Positions 1-13,374 of a stretch of 64,000 nucleotides of DNA are shown piece by piece. Location: contig NW_026250406.1 of assembly GCF_024521635.1 (NCBI RefSeq), positions 1,488,001 to 1,552,000 of the forward strand, in the 5' to 3' direction. The notes below the pieces were generated by a model. That model had not been told where the DNA came from. It saw nothing but the letters and a program-made list of their open reading frames with translations, and did not search any database. The position numbers and the translations under genes are program-made. How positions within the stretch are numbered: position 1 is the stretch's first letter; every line of letters starts with the position of its first letter. The DNA comes from Tricharina praecox (taxonomy: Eukaryota).

Positions 1-139
1 CGCCGTGCAAATCAGTTGGGCCTCCACGTTCACTTCACCGCCATTGTACAGGTGCTGTTCTCTTCTGATCAGTAGACTGTCCTTGCCCGCTGCTGTGAGC
101 GTGCCAACTGTGAACCACCCCGGTGTTACAGAAGCCGAG

Positions 140-630
140 TGAAGGGGCCGGCCGAGGGCAGCGCAGGGGAAGAGCCCAGGAAGCCAGTCAGGTCCTGGAC
201 GAGTCCATGGAGCACGGCGAGGCCAGAGAGGAGACCGGGCATCTAGTCGAGGCTGGGGAAGAATTTTGAGAGCAAGGGCGATGCTGGGGAAGAGCTGAGG
301 GAACTGGCCAGTCAAGAGCGAGGACGTGGCAAAATGGTGGGAATATTTTGAGGTCGCGGAAGAAATGAGGGAGCTAGGGCAAGGTTGGAGCAGTGTTGGG
401 GATGAGTTAGAGGTCACGGCAGAGCAAAGGAAGCCAGAGCAAGGCTGGGGCAAGTTCCGGGAACGGCTAGTCGACGGTGAGGCAGGGCGAGGCCGGCGAA
501 CGGTCTAGGGAACCAGGCCAACCTGGGGAATTACATCTAGTCAAAGACGAGTCTGAGGAAGAGCAGAGGGAACGGACCAGTCAAGGGCGATACTGAGGAA
601 TAGTTTGCGTAACGGGCCAGTCAAAGAACC
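140..630. repeat. Degenerate tandem repeat built on a G(C/G)CAGTCAAGGGCGAGG-like motif; related copy at 37590-37845
   Basis: Motif variants (gccagtcaagagcg, accagtcaagggcg, gccagtcaaag, ctagtcaaag) recur several times in a purine-rich tract. Confidence 0.55.
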
Positions 631-3600
631 ACGTGATATCAGTCAATAAAACTATATGGCAAACCCCACCTAACGTCGTGTTCACGGAACATCATTCATG
701 TTAGGGTGGAACGGCCTTCCACCGTTCCCTATGCACCCACCACATAAGTTTGGCAGTTGCGGTACCCTTGAGATAGTGTAGGATTATCTTGACTCCGGTC
801 AGCTGTGTAGCATAGGGTGTCTGGTTGTAGCGACCAAGGGCGGACACAGCAAATGCGTTATCCGGCCGGGTGCCGAGGGCTGCATATTACACATTGCCGA
901 TAATGCGACGGTATATGATTAAGTCTGCCTCGGAGTCGGCGTCAGAAATGCAGTCGAGCTTGGTTTTGTCGTGAAGAGGAGTCGGGGCCATATTAGCATC
1001 TTCCATACCGAAGCACCTTAGAATCATGGCGATGTATGCACTTTGACCGACGGTGATGGATCCATCCGTTTTCCGATCGATTTCAATGCCGAGGAACTGC
1101 TTCTCTAGGCCCACGTTTGACATCTTTTACTGCCGCATGAGGTGGTTCTTGACGTCCATAGCCCTATCGGAGGCCGAGTCCCCATGGAAAACAATGATAT
1201 CGTCGATGTACAGTAGTATCATTACTGCATCGTCCCGGATGTAGAGGTTGATGTCGGCCTTGGACTGTATGAAGCCGAGCGACAGAAGGTAGTCATTGAT
1301 CTTATTGTATCACTGTTTGGGTGCCTGCTTTAAACCATTTAGGGGCTTATTCAGGCGCAGGAAACCGTTTCTGGGTGTCTCGTGAAGCCACTCGATACCA
1401 TCCGGGAGTTGCATGTAGACTTCAGCATCGATTGCAGGGTTGAGAAATGCGGTAACAACGTCAAGGTGATAGATCTTCCAACCGTTCTAGTCAGCAAAGC
1501 TTAGCAGATATTTCAGGGTAATCAGCTTACCAACTGGAGCAAAGGTCTCATCATAGTTGTGTCCCTAGACTTGCTTGTAGCCCTTGATCACAAGTCTGGT
1601 CTTGTACGGGGGTAGAACCATCTGGGTTCCTCTTAGTTTTATAGACCCCTTTGTAGCCAATAGGCTTGCTCCCAGTCTGCTCCATAGGCGTGAAGACCAA
1701 GTCCGTAGATGGCCCCATCTACGGACTCGGTTGAGAACGGACCGCATAAGTCGGAGTGAACCAGTTCGAATGGAGTCGTTCTGCGTTGCATCGGAATACG
1801 GACGATTTTCTGCTCGTGCTTGGCAAGCACGCATACCTCACAGATATCTGTACCGTGTGTATAGCCGTCGATTAAAGTCTTCATTGCGGCTGCGTGTAAG
1901 TGGCTGAGCCGCTTGTGCCAGAGGCTGGATTCCATGGTTGACAGACGTGGAGTTTGTCTCGATGCGTGTACGGGAACTGACTCTGAAGGGGTGGTGCCGA
2001 GTAAAGCCTGAGGAGCGGAATGGATAATTCTGTCGAGTTGGTACAACCTCGCATTCTTCCGACCAGTCAATAGCGCGTTGCGATGGGAGTCCGATACGGT
2101 GCATTTGCCGTTGCCAAACTCGGTGGTTTAGCCGCGTACATCTAGGCTTCCGACCGGTAATCGCGAGTACCTGAAGGTTGGTGTTTGTAAGGCGTTCAGG
2201 CGGTGGTTTTGGACGCATATGAAGCCGTGATGCTCGACTCGAGTGCAGGTGTCGTCTCCCATGTTTGATCTCGATAGGGAACGCTAGCTTGCGGTAACTG
2301 ATAAAGTCTCGTTTGTCACCGTTATACATGTGGTGGGTTGCTCCAGAGTCGACAATGCATGTGGATGAGGCTACTTCAGAGGCCATATCAATGTTGCCTA
2401 GCTGGAGAGCACTCAGTTGATCGCGGAGCTCCTCGACCGGATTCAGCTGCGTCCGGTCAGTCGGAATCCCGGGGCCTTGCTGGATGTCAGCTAGTCAATC
2501 GATATTGTCATCATTCTCGTAGTTTGCCCGCACCAGAGCAGTCTCGGTGTTCGCCTGTAAAGCGGTGGCTGCCCTGTATCGTCTGAGAACATCTTCCCCC
2601 CGCTTCCGAACTTCGTAACACCGCTTAGTATGACCAGCTTCCCCACAGTAGAAGCATACAATGCTGCTGCTACGAGCATGCTTTCGACTATGGACCTGGG
2701 GTTGCTGATTCTGTCTGGCTGGTAGGTCCCTTCGGTGTTCGTCAGTATTATGGTTGTCCATACTACAGTTTGTGCACCGGTCCGTCTTTGGCTCGTCGTT
2801 GTGCTGCTTTCCTTGCCCATCTCGTCCACCTCTGACACGCAAGCCACCTTGACGACCTCTTCCGGATTGTCCGACTCGCCCCCCTCGGACATAAAGGGCC
2901 GTTCCCGATGTAGAGGCGAGGTTGCGATCGCCAATATTCGTTGAGCTGTCTTTGACTGTACGCCCAAACTCCGACAGTTCGTCTATAACGTGTTGCAAGG
3001 TGAGCTCTGCCGGTGGGAGTTTGCGGAGGAGATGGACGATCACGTTGAATGACTTGGATATGGAGGTGAGAATGTGGCTAATGAGGGTGTTGTCGGAGAT
3101 TTGTTCGTCACTTCCATCGCGTGGTTGTCAATATTGGATGAGGCGCTCGTAGTAGTCGGATATCTTCTCGCTGTCGGTGGCCCGGACTGTATACAGCTCT
3201 CCTGCATGCCTCGCGCGGCTCGCCTTTGAGCTGGAGCTATCGAACTCCAAATTTAGGACAGTCCACATCGTCGCTGTGTCATCAAGCCGTGTGATGTGCT
3301 GCATAATTTTCTCGCCCACCGAAAAGCGGATTAACTTCTCGCCTTCGGCCCGCCACATATTGTAGTCTGCAAGGGGACGGCCTGCGTTGGGTTGTTGCTC
3401 TTCTGCCGTGACGATCGCAAACGCGCCCAAAGACTTGAGGGTCACGTTAACATTGGCTTTCCAGTCAATGTAGTTCAGCTTATTCAGCTTCTCAAAATTG
3501 CCATGGTTCGACTTGTAGAACTCCTTCTTGTTGTCGATAGTTGCCATTTTTTCGTGTTTAGGCCAGTGGGTACGAGTGGATAGTATCAGGGTATTTTTGT

Positions 3601-3672
3601 TTGTTTCTTCGGGGATCAGGATGGAGTCAGGGAGGATGTGTGAGGAACCTGGTTTCTAGCATGGCTTATCCC

Positions 3673-3684
3673 GGGCTCATAACC
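3673..3684 (-). promoter_or_regulatory. Primer binding site GGTTATGAGCCC (internal initiator tRNA-Met type)
   Basis: Minus strand reads ...CCAACA|GGTTATGAGCCC, the copia-type PBS immediately after the LTR end. Confidence 0.8.
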
Positions 3685-3979
3685 TGTTGGAAATGGTAAA
3701 AAATATAATATTATAGATGTATCGTATTATGTCTATGGAAGATGGAGAGAAAGATAGAGAGCTCGACGGTGTAGGAAATAGGGGGTAGAGGCCCGTGCCT
3801 TTTACCTGAACTAAGCAGACGATTGAGATATTACATCAAGAATAAAGTGGTATTTTGAAATAGTGCACAGTTTCATAGACATAGCCGGAAGAAAGGCATA
3901 TGAAGAGGAAGGTGGGGGTACCTCGGATAGAGGCCTCTCGCCAACTCCCGTGAGAACGGATACTGGAAGTCTCTCAACA
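3685..3979 (-). repeat. 5' LTR of the Copia element
   Basis: Bounded by TGTTG (3685) and CAACA (ending 3979), directly adjacent to the PBS. No second LTR in the window, so the outer boundary is inferred. Confidence 0.65.
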
Positions 3980-4700
3980 TAGACAGTGATCTTGTATCAC
4001 GCGGTACACGCAATTTCGTGATTTTATGACAGGAGTGACCTTGATTTGGCGGGTCCGCACTTGACACAGGACGCCGGCATAGAGATAGGCGGAGCTGACA
4101 CTAGAGTAGGACAATGAGGCTGCTCAAGTGGAAGAACCGTGACTAATCCCGCCATTTCTTTACACACCCTCCTTCATGGCATGATCTGGTTTCTCCTGAG
4201 GATGCAGGAGGCAGGAGGCAAGGTGGAGAAGGGAATGGGAGCTGCTTTTAGTTACGATTGTTTGCTTAGGACTCTCTACTTCTACTGCTGGCACAGTCTG
4301 GGACGAAAAGGCAGGAAAAGCCACACCGGGCCACTCGATGAAAGTCCAGTTCGACAGTGGCATGTAACCAGAGTGTGTATGTCTGGTTAATGCCATGAAA
4401 CCCCAAGATCCAGATTGGTCACAAGCAATCAATGATCAAACAAAACCCATTGCGAATACGCTAAGTAACAGTGCTTTTGTAAGCAGTTACGAATTGTGGG
4501 GGATGCGGCATTTGAATCTTCTCCCGAACGACCAACCATCGTGACCCATATAGGTACATCCTCACTATTAATCACCGATTCACGAGCAAGAAGCAAAAAT
4601 GGAAAAGAAGCTTGTAATGGTGAAATGTAAAAGCCTTGATCTATCCCCAATTTTTACACCATCATTCCCGCCACTCCATTTTCCAGCCAAGCATGCAATC

Positions 4701-5264
4701 TTAATGAACCACCGCGCGCACCTTCAACTTGCTAGTCACATCGAAACTGAAGTAACCACCCGCCTTCGAGAGTTCCGACCAAGCACAGACATTCCTCACG
4801 CGGCTGATCGCCCAGACGACGAACTTGCAGTCGACGCGGGTGATGGATCCACACAGCGAGACTTCTCCGCCCTTCATGGTGACGAGCTTGCTGCACTTTG
4901 AGTCCCAGCGGTTTCCTTGCCAGCAAGCCTCCTTGGCGTCCAGGATCGCGATGCAGCCGTCGATCTCGTCGATAGACGGCGACGCCTCCGAGGTCTCGCA
5001 GGTGACGGAGTAGAATGGGTTCGGCGTGCCGGCGATGCGAGATATAAGTGAGAAGCTGTACGTTCCGTGGGTGAAGCTGGCGATCGGCGCCGGAGAGTAC
5101 GCCAATGTTTTCGAGGTCGGGTCGATGACCCCCGCGAGCTTGAAGATGTCGACTTCCTCAGGGATACCGGAGAATTCGGGAGAAACGTCGAAGCCGGAGG
5201 GAGCCGCCGTGGTGATGCTGGAGATGGTCCAGAGGACCATGAGGATGGAGGAATGCATACGCAT
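4701..5264 (-). CDS. Secreted protein with Cys-rich C-terminal domain (effector/toxin-like; paralog of 15662-16213)
   Basis: Intact 187 aa ORF, hydrophobic signal peptide (MHSSILMVLWTISSITTA|AP), acidic pro-region, domain CETSEASP..C..CWQ..SKC..GGEVSLCG..C..W..C. Confidence 0.8.
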   Translation of the reverse strand: MRMHSSILMVLWTISSITTAAPSGFDVSPEFSGIPEEVDIFKLAGVIDPTSKTLAYSPAPIASFTHGTYSFSLISRIAGTPNPFYSVTCETSEASPSIDEIDGCIAILDAKEACWQGNRWDSKCSKLVTMKGGEVSLCGSITRVDCKFVVWAISRVRNVCAWSELSKAGGYFSFDVTSKLKVRAVVH

Positions 5265-6775
5265 GTTCGTGTTGTTGAAGCTGTGCGATCTGCACCTCTC
5301 TGAGGGGGATAAGAGGTTGAGGTTGATGGTAAGGAGATGTTAATTTGATGGCGGAGAGAGGTGATTTTTAAGAATCAGGCCCCGTCGACGGGAATATATT
5401 AGCCGCAATTAAACCCTAGCGGTTTTGAGCCTAGCCTTTTGACTTCCAAAACAAACGCCAGTCGTTATATGTCGCCAGTGCAGACGTTTTTATGCGAATT
5501 TTCATTTCGGACTTCCCAGTGATCGAGTTCTTAACTCACTGTCACGGGTTCCGAAACATCAGCAATGGATATACGACATGAATAACGCCAAATGATCTGC
5601 CATGTTTGAACCTGACATCGCTTCCTAGGCTTCAAACAAAAAAAGCGGTGGCTAACGTCCCTATAAACAAGCAAAGCTTACGGCACGTATCTGTAAGGTT
5701 GCAAAGCATGAGGTAAATATAAACCCCTATTCACTATATTTTACACCTTGTCAAATAGAAGTGGAATTCGATGCTTATGATGTTCAATTACTGCACAATC
5801 TATCCGAACCGGAGGTCCTATATATATACACAATCTTGCCTCCCTGCCATAGTTCATGGCGTAGCATACCGATGACAATACGCGCTAATACATCGTCTGC
5901 CAGCATTGCTGTGGACTGCCGGCATTGCTACGACCGATTCCGGTCGCGTAACTCTTCCGGCATTCCTGGGATCGTCATCGACACATTCCGAACTTCCGGC
6001 TCTGGCACACCACTTCCCATTAAAAACATGACGCCGACCTTACGTGTAACGTGTGCAGGTCTTAGAGGCAGTCTTACGGAGGGCTGAGAGTCGAGACTGG
6101 ACGGATTCCAGTCGAATGGACGGACTAGATACTGGCGAACGCCGTTCGGGGTATGCGGTAATGAGGGAGACGAATTATATACAGCGCAGGAACAACGAAA
6201 GTTCAGTGAAAGTTTGAGGCGTTGCTCCTATGACTCAATAGGGAAGACTCATGACGCATGGCTCAACTTCATGAGCGACCAGGTGAAACAGAATCTTGAA
6301 CAGCGATGGTTAGACCGACTGGTATAATCACGCATACATCCTGGGGGTCCCTGGGGGTAATGCTGCCAAATAGCGCGCGGAAGAACTGTTGGCAGCAATG
6401 TCTGTCGCATATTTGTTGTTCATCGTCACATGACTTCGGCCGAAACACATGAATTATCACCCCAACGCTTCTTCGTCCAAGGCAAATTCACTGTCACGTC
6501 ATCATCGGGTTCACATATCAAGTTCAATAATCCGGGCGGCCGCCGGACGAGATTGGCTGTTTGAATCCGATCTCAGGAATCGTCGTGAAGCATGAAAACG
6601 CCGTGCGTCGTATTGAGAGCAGTTGTCGCACATACTGAAAAACAATATGAAAAAAGTACCCTCAACAGAAACCAATCAATCATGCACAATCCCCAACAAT
6701 CACCTGCCTCCCATCTTTCACCCAGTTCCGTGAATGAACCAATCATCCAACCCATATACAGACAACCCTCTAGAA

Positions 6776-7388
6776 TTACCCCTTAATCTTGAAAGAAGAG
6801 GGGTTTGTAGGTCAGCCTGAATCCAGCCGAGTTCAAACATACATCAAAGCACGTGATATCACTCGAAGCCTACTCACTTTTTGAAATCTCACAGTAACCT
6901 CGCCAATAGCTCCGTCTTGACTGATCGGCGGAAGATCAACCAGCCACTCCTCATTCTGCCGACTCTTCTCCAGTCTATTTGCACTCGATCCCCACGGAAC
7001 ACTCCAGTAAATGTTCACGAGTGGAATCTTGTGGGGGGGCTCCAGTAGGTTGGTCGACAATTCGATCTGCCCTTCGGTACCGGAAGAAGTACCGCTGCGT
7101 CCACACGCCCACACGGTATACTTTGCCCCACCCTCGATGACAACACCGAGCAGCTCATTCTTGGGCACTTCCTCGTCCTTGTTGCCTTGCCGGTAAAGCT
7201 TCCCCCAGAACAGACCCACGCCGGTGATGTAGATGGCTTCCTTATGGAGATTGTGCAGTGTGAGCCCGATCCACTGGGGATAACTGAACCGTCACACTGC
7301 CGTTAGTACAAGAGTGACCATAGATGATGGCACCGAAGTGAGCACGTCATGCTACTACTGGTACCATCAACGGGATGCCATACCCCAT
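6776..7388 (-). CDS. Aegerolysin-family protein (about 140 aa, 3 exons: 7388-7384, 7283-6878, 6787-6776)
   Basis: Spliced product MGYPQWIG..LFWGKLY..ACGRSGTSSGTEG..YWSVPWGSSAN..GAIGEVTV..IKG*. Introns GTATGG..CTAAC..CAG and GTGAGT..CTGAC..AAG keep the frame. Confidence 0.93.
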
Positions 7389-9115
7389 AGTGAACTGCAC
7401 TTCGGACAAATCTCCGTCCCATCGACCTATGCGCCTGCGGCTAAGCGCGTGGTTCTCTTCGATCCTCATGGTCGAGTTGAATTACCGACAAGGTTGCCTC
7501 CGAGTTGTACCGTTCTCCGACGAATCTCTACCGCAGAGTGTAGGTGAAGGCCGAGCGCCGATTGAGAGGGAGTATGTAGTACTGCTACCGTTGAAAGGAA
7601 CCCGAAACGTGATAATGACGTGGTGACCGTACGGACTATTTTATTAATGGATAGTGCTCGTCGCTTCGTTAACAGGACTAATTCCGCACCATCGGTGACA
7701 TCTTATCCTTATACACTTCCCTCCGGAGTCGCGGTATGTTATCTAAGTAATATCACGATCGCAGACTCGCAGCCGTGAACTATTTCCGGCAGTATCTGCG
7801 GGGTACCGTTTTTTGCAGCCCAAATTTAAATCCGAAACTTTGTAGGATCCGTTCGAACGTATCACCCTTCAGCAATGTGCGGGAAGGCTTCCGACGATTC
7901 TCATTGGTATATCTGAAGCCAAAGCACGTCCTAATGCTTGCAAGAAAAATTGGGTTGTTTTTCTTTTTTACGTGCATATGCAATCCGTGCATGTGCAGTC
8001 CGCGGGCAGGCGTCCATTCGAGAGTCGGCATATCAACTCTGGTCTGCCGACCGGCTACACCCTTTGGAATGAATTCGCCGGCGATCGAGACGAGAAAGAA
8101 TCGACACCCGCGGTTATGTACTGATTCATTCCCGGAGGAGGCGGCAGTTCTCGACGCGTCCGGAAACAGCCCATAACTGCGAGGTCACGGTGGATGTCGA
8201 ATATTGCAGCAGATCGGCCGCTGCCTAGAATAAATGTCAACATCTACAGTACGGTAGAGTAGTGCTCGACTCAAACCGCCGATTCTGCAGCCTCCCAAAG
8301 GACCGTCGGAGCCGTTCGTACCGTGTGCCAACCATCTGCCGACAGCCGATAGAATGGCAGAAATCCTGACGACAATCCTGCCATGCGAGACGGCGGTGCG
8401 TACACGGCGCGATCACTAAATAGCGCTGGCTTATCTGCTGGAACCTAGATCGGAGCAGCTGGAATCGCAGGTGGCAAACGGAAGACACTTGGCGCGCATA
8501 TACGTAGATGCTTCATGAGTAGTGGATATACTCTTTCCACCATGTCCGTAAATTGCTCAATCGTTTTCCACGATGATGAGTGTTGAAATTTGTGACTGGG
8601 ATATGATATTCATGTATACTAGTTTGCTCTTCTTTGCAGTCTTTAGTTGCTCGGTGTTTTTGTCGGTCGAAATTTTTCCGTCCTCCGATACTCATCGCTT
8701 CTCCTTTCCCGGAGACGTTAACTCGCATCTTCCCTCCCATGGAATGGGTGACATGTGACTTCCAAGCACGGGCAGTGGGGAGCGTATGGCCGTACCGAAC
8801 ACGTCGTGCCGTATCATTGGGGAAGGCCTTCAAGGATCCGAAGTATTTCTTGACTACGGAAATGATCTACAGTTCGGGCTCTGTCAAGCATACGTAGCGC
8901 AAATTAAACGATGGGAACTGTAAAAACAGCTGAAGGTTTGGTCCCGCTTTCTGCAGTTGTCGAACCACCATGATCGCCAGCTACCAAACCAAGACAAACT
9001 TTACTAATGTGACGGCAGGTGAGGCCGTTAGTGAAATGAGGCGGCGAAAGTGTCATCTCGTCTCTTCTGAACCACAGGCATAAAAACACGCCTGTGGAAA
9101 ACAAAAAACAACCAG

Positions 9116-9187
9116 AGGTCCTACCCGGAGTCGAACCGGGATTGCCGGAATCAGAATCCGACGTGCTAACCATTACACTATAGAACC
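9116..9187 (-). tRNA. tRNA-Gln (anticodon CTG)
   Basis: GGTTCTATAGTGTAATGGTTAGCACGTCGGATTCTGATTCCGGCAATCCCGGTTCGACTCCGGGTAGGACCT: cloverleaf, GGTTCGA T-loop, downstream T-run terminator. Confidence 0.97.
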
Positions 9188-11073
9188 ATGTCGGACCAGC
9201 ACAGACAAGCTTTATCAAGTACCAAAACTTGCGAACTCAATGTGGGCATCGTTCGTACTCGTCGTAGTTTTTAAGTTTCATAATTCATTATCCGATATTA
9301 TATCTATCATCAGCCTCACAGAATACGGAGAAGCGTATGCCGCCAGTAGGTTACTAGCGAGTACTAGTAAACACCAATCACCAGTCTCTAGCCCGATGAT
9401 ATCCTCACAATCTGCCAACATTGAAGTTTGCGAGCAAGTAAATTCTGTCGGAGAGCGCCTGGGCCGCCATCCAGTCTCGGCCAAATGCGACAAGCCGTCC
9501 GTCTAATGACTTGAGAGTTACTCTCGGGCATCGAACATTCATTCACCCATTGTCACCTGTCATGTATACGCGAAATAATATGTCCCAGCTCCAAAAGAAT
9601 CTCGACGTAAACGAATAAAATCCGGTTTCGACGTACCCTGATGGCTAAGTTTTAAGTCCTCATTGCTGACGCCATACGTGTCAAGTGGCGCAGGCCGTTT
9701 CCGTGGGACCGGCGCTGGTTTGGGCGGTTCAATGTATGCATGATGCACTTCGTGCATGCAGAATCCGCAGCATCCGATCCTCCGCTCGGCTATTGGCCCG
9801 GCCCGTGATTGGACTGCAGTATTGTGGGTTGAGGGATGCTATCCTCCTGAGTTTTCTCGGCCCCAGAAAATTGCGGTCAACTCATTCGGTCCAGTGTCGC
9901 GGCTTCGCAGCTTGGAAATCGACGGTACCGATACGGTGATCGGTGAAGTCCAGAATTGCAGAAGCTGGACAGAATTACTCCACTGGCCGTATTTCGCCTC
10001 AAAGAAGCTCGCCGAGAAGAAAGGATTATCATGGCTACATAGTACATGCACTGGTTGAGCTCTGACGTGATACGGCTAGATCGCACCGTGGGAAATTTGC
10101 TCACACCTGCGGCCTGCCTCACCTCTCTAGCCTGCACTTGTGGCGCGAGATTGTTACGAAAGAAATCTCCATGTTATTTCTAGGTCTGCCCCATTTTCTT
10201 TAGGCGAGTCTAATGGGTTTCTCTTAATCATTTTGATTTGTACGCCACCCGGTTGTGGCGCCCCGGCGAATTCCGTGCGAATTACTTACCGTACCAGCCC
10301 GGGATTGATAAGCTCCAGAGACTACAAATGTCTTTCGGGGCCTACTGTTCGGTGAACCTGTTATGGAAAGATTCAGATTCTCATGTACTACTGTTTGTTG
10401 CGCATAAGTACATTAATGCTGTATCCCTCTAAGCCTCAGAATCATACTACCTGTCACGAAAGATGCCTGCTGGCAACCGACGGCTCTGCTACATATGTCG
10501 GCCATCGCAATGGGTGACTACGATGAATGAGGATCGTGATGAATGTGTCCGTAGACTTTGATATAGTGGCTGTCATAATATCACGAACTTCCGCGCACCG
10601 CGTCATGCGAGATCACTCTCTAGGTCAAGAGACTTCCGTTTTCGGTTTTCACAGAGGTGATCAGCGGCCTCTATCCAAGGCCTCCCGTGCCTCCCTCTAA
10701 ATATGCCTTTCTTCTGGCTACGATCTACTGTACACGAGTTCAGAATACTACTTTTCTTGACAGTGGCGTCAACTGTTATGTCGCGTGCGATCTCATGATT
10801 GGCTGTAAACCATCCTGATCCGCAATGATGTTGTTTGACCGCCGGTCGACGTGAAGGCTGGCATTCACTCCGAGGCTTTGATCTCATAGTGTTCGCTCAT
10901 ATAAGTGCACGCCCGCTCGTCATTCCCCAATCGCTTCCCTCTTTTCTCTACACTCCTGCTCTTGCATCCTGAATCCCTACCTCGTGTCCTAGCATCCTAC
11001 TTCTGCAAAGATGTGCAACCCCCGCCGCCGTCCTCACCTATGCCGAAGGTTAAGACTCGGTAAAACTATTTTC

Positions 11074-11130
11074 CTGCTGCCGCTGCTGCCGCTGCTGCCG
11101 CTGCTGCCGCTGCTGCCGCTGCTGCCGCTG
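11074..11130. repeat. (GCTGCTGCC)n minisatellite
   Basis: About six tandem copies of a 9-nt unit. Confidence 0.9.
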
Positions 11131-12879
11131 CGGCACCATTGGCATAATAGGCGCAACGCCGGCACGCTGCAATGAATGCCGGCATGTTGTGTGTTTGAAG
11201 CGTTCGAAAGTCAAGAAACAGGGTTAGATGTGAGTCAAAAGCCTGAGCGAATAGCCGGGGTAGAGCATAGCAAATGAAGGAGCTTTGAGTGGGATTTAGT
11301 GCAGTGCCTATTGTGCGCATCACTGTGGTGAAGAATAACGTTGCTGCGGCCCCATCAGTAGAGGGGATGGCAGCCATGGGCGATAGCCAAAATACAAAAC
11401 TTCCAGTATCGACAAATTCGCAACTGAAAAGTAGTAGGAACATGGGTATTCGTGCAGTAGATAGTTCAAGACACAGAGTTTTAGGAAATCTGAGATTGGC
11501 AATCTTCAACAACGGTAGATACTACATAGCAGCACGAATCAAGTACAGGTTGAGCACATAATCACAAAATGTTTAATTCTCTCTGTTGGATGTGCTGGAT
11601 GGGTAGAAGAAAGTAAACAAATTTGGTAAAGCAATAATATCGTGAGCAGCGATATCCAACATCTCTCCATACCATATACAATCTCCTCGAACCACAGTAT
11701 CTGGGAATCAATCCCTCCCCCACTCGCAGCCTATCAAGACTATGAAGCACCAAAATTTAAAGACATGCCTGCCAAATTTTGGCGCGCCACTCTCCATTTC
11801 CCGCCATTCACGCACACCGGCTCCTTGGGTGATGATTTTGCCGCGCGCCTAAGGCCAACGTTTCGCCGGGAGACACACTCGAGCAACCACCTTCTTCGAA
11901 TCAGCAGTGGTCTCTGTAAACAGTGTTCAGAGCATCAATACTAGCCTGGACTTGGGATTCCGACTCTACAACAGCTGAGTGCAGCTCAGTCACGGAACTT
12001 TGATGAGAGCCGTCAGATACTTCGCGAAGACTGGTGGGAGCCTGAGAGATCTCACGGATCTCATCGGCATCCTCTGCAGTGATGAAGCTTCCGCTTCGGT
12101 GTGGTGGTTGTCAACCACGTGGACTTGAGGGTGAGCTCCCTAGTAGGAAGCGTTGGGAGCATCCACATCTAGATTGATGGGCAAGAGCTTCTGCATCTCA
12201 GTGCAGCTCTCCCATTGGGGAGTGGATGTTGAAACGAACCTCGAGAGTGATTGAGGACATCGAACGGCTTTCCTGAGAGGGTGACCCGAAGTCTGGCGAA
12301 GTGGGTAGACGAAGATACTACGGAAGCTTCTTCTATCACCGAGCAGTAGGTTCTCTGTATATGTACGCTCTCAGATACGTCTGAGTTTCTGTCCTCATTA
12401 CATGGCTGATACGACACAATTTCGCGAACGTCTAGTATAGCAGTCTTCACTTGGGTTTATCGCGACTGTTACATATGGAGGCATGGAGTCCGGAAGAATT
12501 CTCAGGTTTACTTCAAATCTCCAAGTATCATTTCTATCCCAGCACAGACGACGGCATGATTCTCTTCCATTGTGACCAAGTAATAACGTTGGATTATTAG
12601 AAGCTGCTACTAGTATAGTACGGGCATCGAATTGAATTGTGTACTGTCGTCGAGCTTCATCTGATCCTTTTTGGATCCCGTACAGATTGCACCGCCACCC
12701 CTACATAAATTACCTTAAAAGATCCACGGCCATCCCAAACTTACTTTCCTCAAACTACTACCCACTTCCAACGCTCGTCCCAAGATTCGTACTCAATTGA
12801 ACCTCCAAGCATCACACCAAATTCAAACGTACTGCTCACCCAAACTCCACCCAGTGGCGAGACCTGTGTCAACTCCGCA

Positions 12880-12987
12880 ATGCCCGTCTATTGTATCTGC
12901 TACTGCTGCGGCTCTGGTGTGACCGTAGAGTTTAGAAACCCTGAGATGTGCCCGCACTGCTGGCTGATTGTACCAGGTTCTGCTTAG
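12880..12987 (+). CDS. Candidate 35-aa Cys-rich micro-protein (zinc-ribbon-like)
   Basis: MPVYCICYCCGSGVTVEFRNPEMCPHCWLIVPGSA*; preceded by a TATA-like TACATAAAT (~12703), a C/A-rich leader and a possible 5' UTR intron (GTACTC..CTCAC..CAG, ~12789-12854). Confidence 0.35.
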   Translation: MPVYCICYCCGSGVTVEFRNPEMCPHCWLIVPGSA

Positions 12988-13302
12988 CGGCGAAGATAAC
13001 GGAGGAGGACATAGTTTAGTCGAAATTTGATATCGCGCACAGCATTTTCTTGATCCTCACGAGAACTGCTCTATGTACGGGGTGGTGGAGTGTTTCGTTG
13101 CAGCGGGGATGCGATGAAACTTGACTTATTCCATTTGAATGTGAAAGATCACAACTTGCTGGGCCCGTCCTGAAGAGGGCAGATGCTGCAACATCACACC
13201 TAACCATGCCACAATACCCCTCTCCAATATTCTGCACCACGTCCCGCGTCATCCAAAGCCATCGTAAAATACCTATATCAACAAAACAAAAAGATTATGA
13301 TC

Positions 13303-13374
13303 AGGTCCTACCCGGAGTCGAACCGGGATTGCCGGAATCAGAATCCGACGTGCTAACCATTACACTATAGAACC
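13303..13374 (-). tRNA. tRNA-Gln (anticodon CTG), identical to 9116-9187
   Basis: Same 72-nt sequence with different flanks and a downstream T-rich terminator. Confidence 0.97.

Larger units (their letters stand above)
745..3979 (-). mobile_element. Degenerate Ty1/Copia LTR retrotransposon (gag-protease-integrase-RT order), internally deleted and 3' truncated
   Basis: Minus-strand fragments: gag (3547-2495) with zinc knuckle CFYCGEAGHTKRC; protease IVDSGATHHM; GAG-pre-integrase LWHKRLSHL..CEVCVLAKH; integrase start ELVHSDLCGPF then deleted; RT motifs YKTRLVIKGY, DETFAPV, LDVVTAFLN, LYIDD, FLGIEI. Several stops and frameshifts. Confidence 0.95.

Noticed and set aside
11066..11512. Poly-Ala ORF
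   Set aside because: Produced by the GCTGCTGCC repeat; no other coding signal.
9116..13374. tRNA pair as att sites of an integrated element
   Set aside because: Both are full-length genes with their own terminators and unrelated flanks; no integrase lies between them.
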